From Escherichia coli (GTDB taxonomy: Bacteria > Pseudomonadota > Gammaproteobacteria > Enterobacterales > Enterobacteriaceae): a DNA stretch of 32,000 bases. The first letter of the stretch is position 1, and every line of letters begins with the position of its first letter. This document shows positions 30,604 to 32,000 of this stretch, in pieces. The notes beneath the pieces are model-generated. The model did not search any database, was not told the origin of the DNA, and saw only the letters and a list, made by a program, of their open reading frames with translations. A program made the position numbers and the translations under genes. The stretch is from assembly GCF_045037445.1 (NCBI RefSeq), contig NZ_CP173446.1; one strand, written 5' to 3'.

Positions 30604-32000
30604 TTACGCATTCGAGTAACGTTCCGTCTCCGGCATCCAGCGTTCTATCAGGGCTTTTGCCTGTTGTGGGTAACGTTCGTGAATATGTCGCGCCAGGCGC
30701 TGAACTTCCGGGATCATCGCCTGATCGCGCAGTAAATCCGCCACTTTAAACTCAGCATTACCCGTCTGACGCGTACCTAACAGTTCACCCGGTCCGCGAA
30801 TCTCTAAGTCTTTCTGTGCAATCACAAAACCGTCGTTGCTGTCGCGCAGTACCTGCAGGCGAATTTGCGCCGTTTTAGAGAGCGGTGTTTTGTAGAGCAA
30901 CACGCAGTGAGAAGCCACCGCACCACGACCTACACGCCCGCGAAGCTGGTGCAACTGCGCCAGACCCAGACGCTCCGGGTTTTCGATAATCATCAGGCTG
31001 GCGTTAGGCACATCAACGCCGACTTCAATAACGGTAGTGGCAACCAGCAGGTGTAACTCGCCTTGTTTAAATGATGCCATGACGGCCTGCTTCTCGGCTG
31101 GTTTCATCCGTCCGTGTACCAGACCAACATTCAACTCTGGTAGCGCCAGTTTCAACTCTTCCCAGGTAGCTTCCGCCGCCTGCGCTTCCAGTAACTCTGA
31201 CTCTTCAATGAGTGTGCACACCCAGTACGCCTGACGCCCTTCAGTCATACAGGCGTGGCGCACGCGGTCGATAATGTCGTTACGACGCGTATCCGGGATT
31301 GCCACTGTCGTCACTGGCGTGCGGCCTGGCGGCAGCTCATCTATCACCGAGGTATCGAGATCGGCATACGCGGTCATCGCCAGCGTGCGGGGGATCGGCG
31401 TCGCGGTCATGATCAACTGATGCGGATGGAAGCCCTGCTGCTGGCCTTTCTCCCATAACGCCAGACGCTGATGCACGCCAAAACGATGCTGTTCGTCGAT
31501 AATCACCAGCGCCAGGCCGTTAAACTGCACCTGTTCCTGGAAGATGGCGTGTGTTCCGACAATCATCTGCACCTGACCGCTGGCGATGGCTTCCTGCTGT
31601 GCCAGCCGTGCTTTACCTTTCTGTTTACCGGCGAGCCAGCCCACTTCGATACCGAGCGGTGCAAACCAGTTGCGGAAGTTATTGGCGTGCTGTTCGGCGA
31701 GTAATTCGGTTGGTGCCATCAATGCCACCTGTTTGCCGTGGGCAATCGCACGCAGCGCGGCGAGGGCAGCGACCAGCGTTTTACCGGAACCTACATCGCC
31801 CTGTACCAGGCGCATCATCGGCGCATCCAGCGCCATATCGCGCTCGATCTCCGCCACCACGCGTGCCTGTGCGCCCGTTGGCTTGAACGGTAAGGCTGCG
31901 AGGAGTTTATTTTTCAGCGCGTCATTGGCGCTAAGCGGCTGGGCATGGAAACGTTGTGCACCAGCGCGTAACGCCAACATGCTGAGGTTGTGCGCAAGCA
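30604..32000 (-). CDS. recG: ATP-dependent DNA helicase RecG, C-terminal part (5' end outside window)
   Basis: Walker A GDVGSGKT, DEQH box IIDEQHRFG, TATPIPRTLAM and the QLRGRVGRG helicase motif. The frame stays open beyond 31980 towards the window edge. Confidence 0.97.
   Translation of the reverse strand, partial: LAHNLSMLALRAGAQRFHAQPLSANDALKNKLLAALPFKPTGAQARVVAEIERDMALDAPMMRLVQGDVGSGKTLVAALAALRAIAHGKQVALMAPTELLAEQHANNFRNWFAPLGIEVGWLAGKQKGKARLAQQEAIASGQVQMIVGTHAIFQEQVQFNGLALVIIDEQHRFGVHQRLALWEKGQQQGFHPHQLIMTATPIPRTLAMTAYADLDTSVIDELPPGRTPVTTVAIPDTRRNDIIDRVRHACMTEGRQAYWVCTLIEESELLEAQAAEATWEELKLALPELNVGLVHGRMKPAEKQAVMASFKQGELHLLVATTVIEVGVDVPNASLMIIENPERLGLAQLHQLRGRVGRGAVASHCVLLYKTPLSKTAQIRLQVLRDSNDGFVIAQKDLEIRGPGELLGTRQTGNAEFKVADLLRDQAMIPEVQRLARHIHERYPQQAKALIERWMPETERYSNA

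Overview
The window matches the Escherichia coli selC-gltS-recG chromosomal neighbourhood, with an accessory block at its left side. From the left: (1) a giant intimin/YeeJ-like outer-membrane adhesin (LysM motif, inverse-autotransporter barrel, bacterial Ig-like repeats, lectin-like C-terminus). It is open at the left window edge and contains an exact array of sixteen 291-bp (97-aa) repeats. (2) A HilA-like winged-helix regulator. (3) A SipD/SipC/SipB-like translocator operon with a SicA-like chaperone, and no needle or export apparatus in the window. This layout matches the air-eilA-eipDCB-eicA locus described in enteroaggregative E. coli. The rest is conserved E. coli backbone: yicS, nlpA, yicL, setC, selC (tRNA-Sec), yicJ, yicI, yicH, xanP, gltS and the 3' part of recG. 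The observations most worth a second look are: a 19-bp element (17/19 identical) found at similar distances upstream of both eilA and eicA; phase-perfect repeats with evidence of gene conversion in the adhesin; a degraded rhuM-like fragment next to selC; a small ORF in the unexpected eicA-eipB gap; and a strong imperfect stem just upstream of gltS. No wholly new biological system was identified; the accessory locus belongs to a known type.
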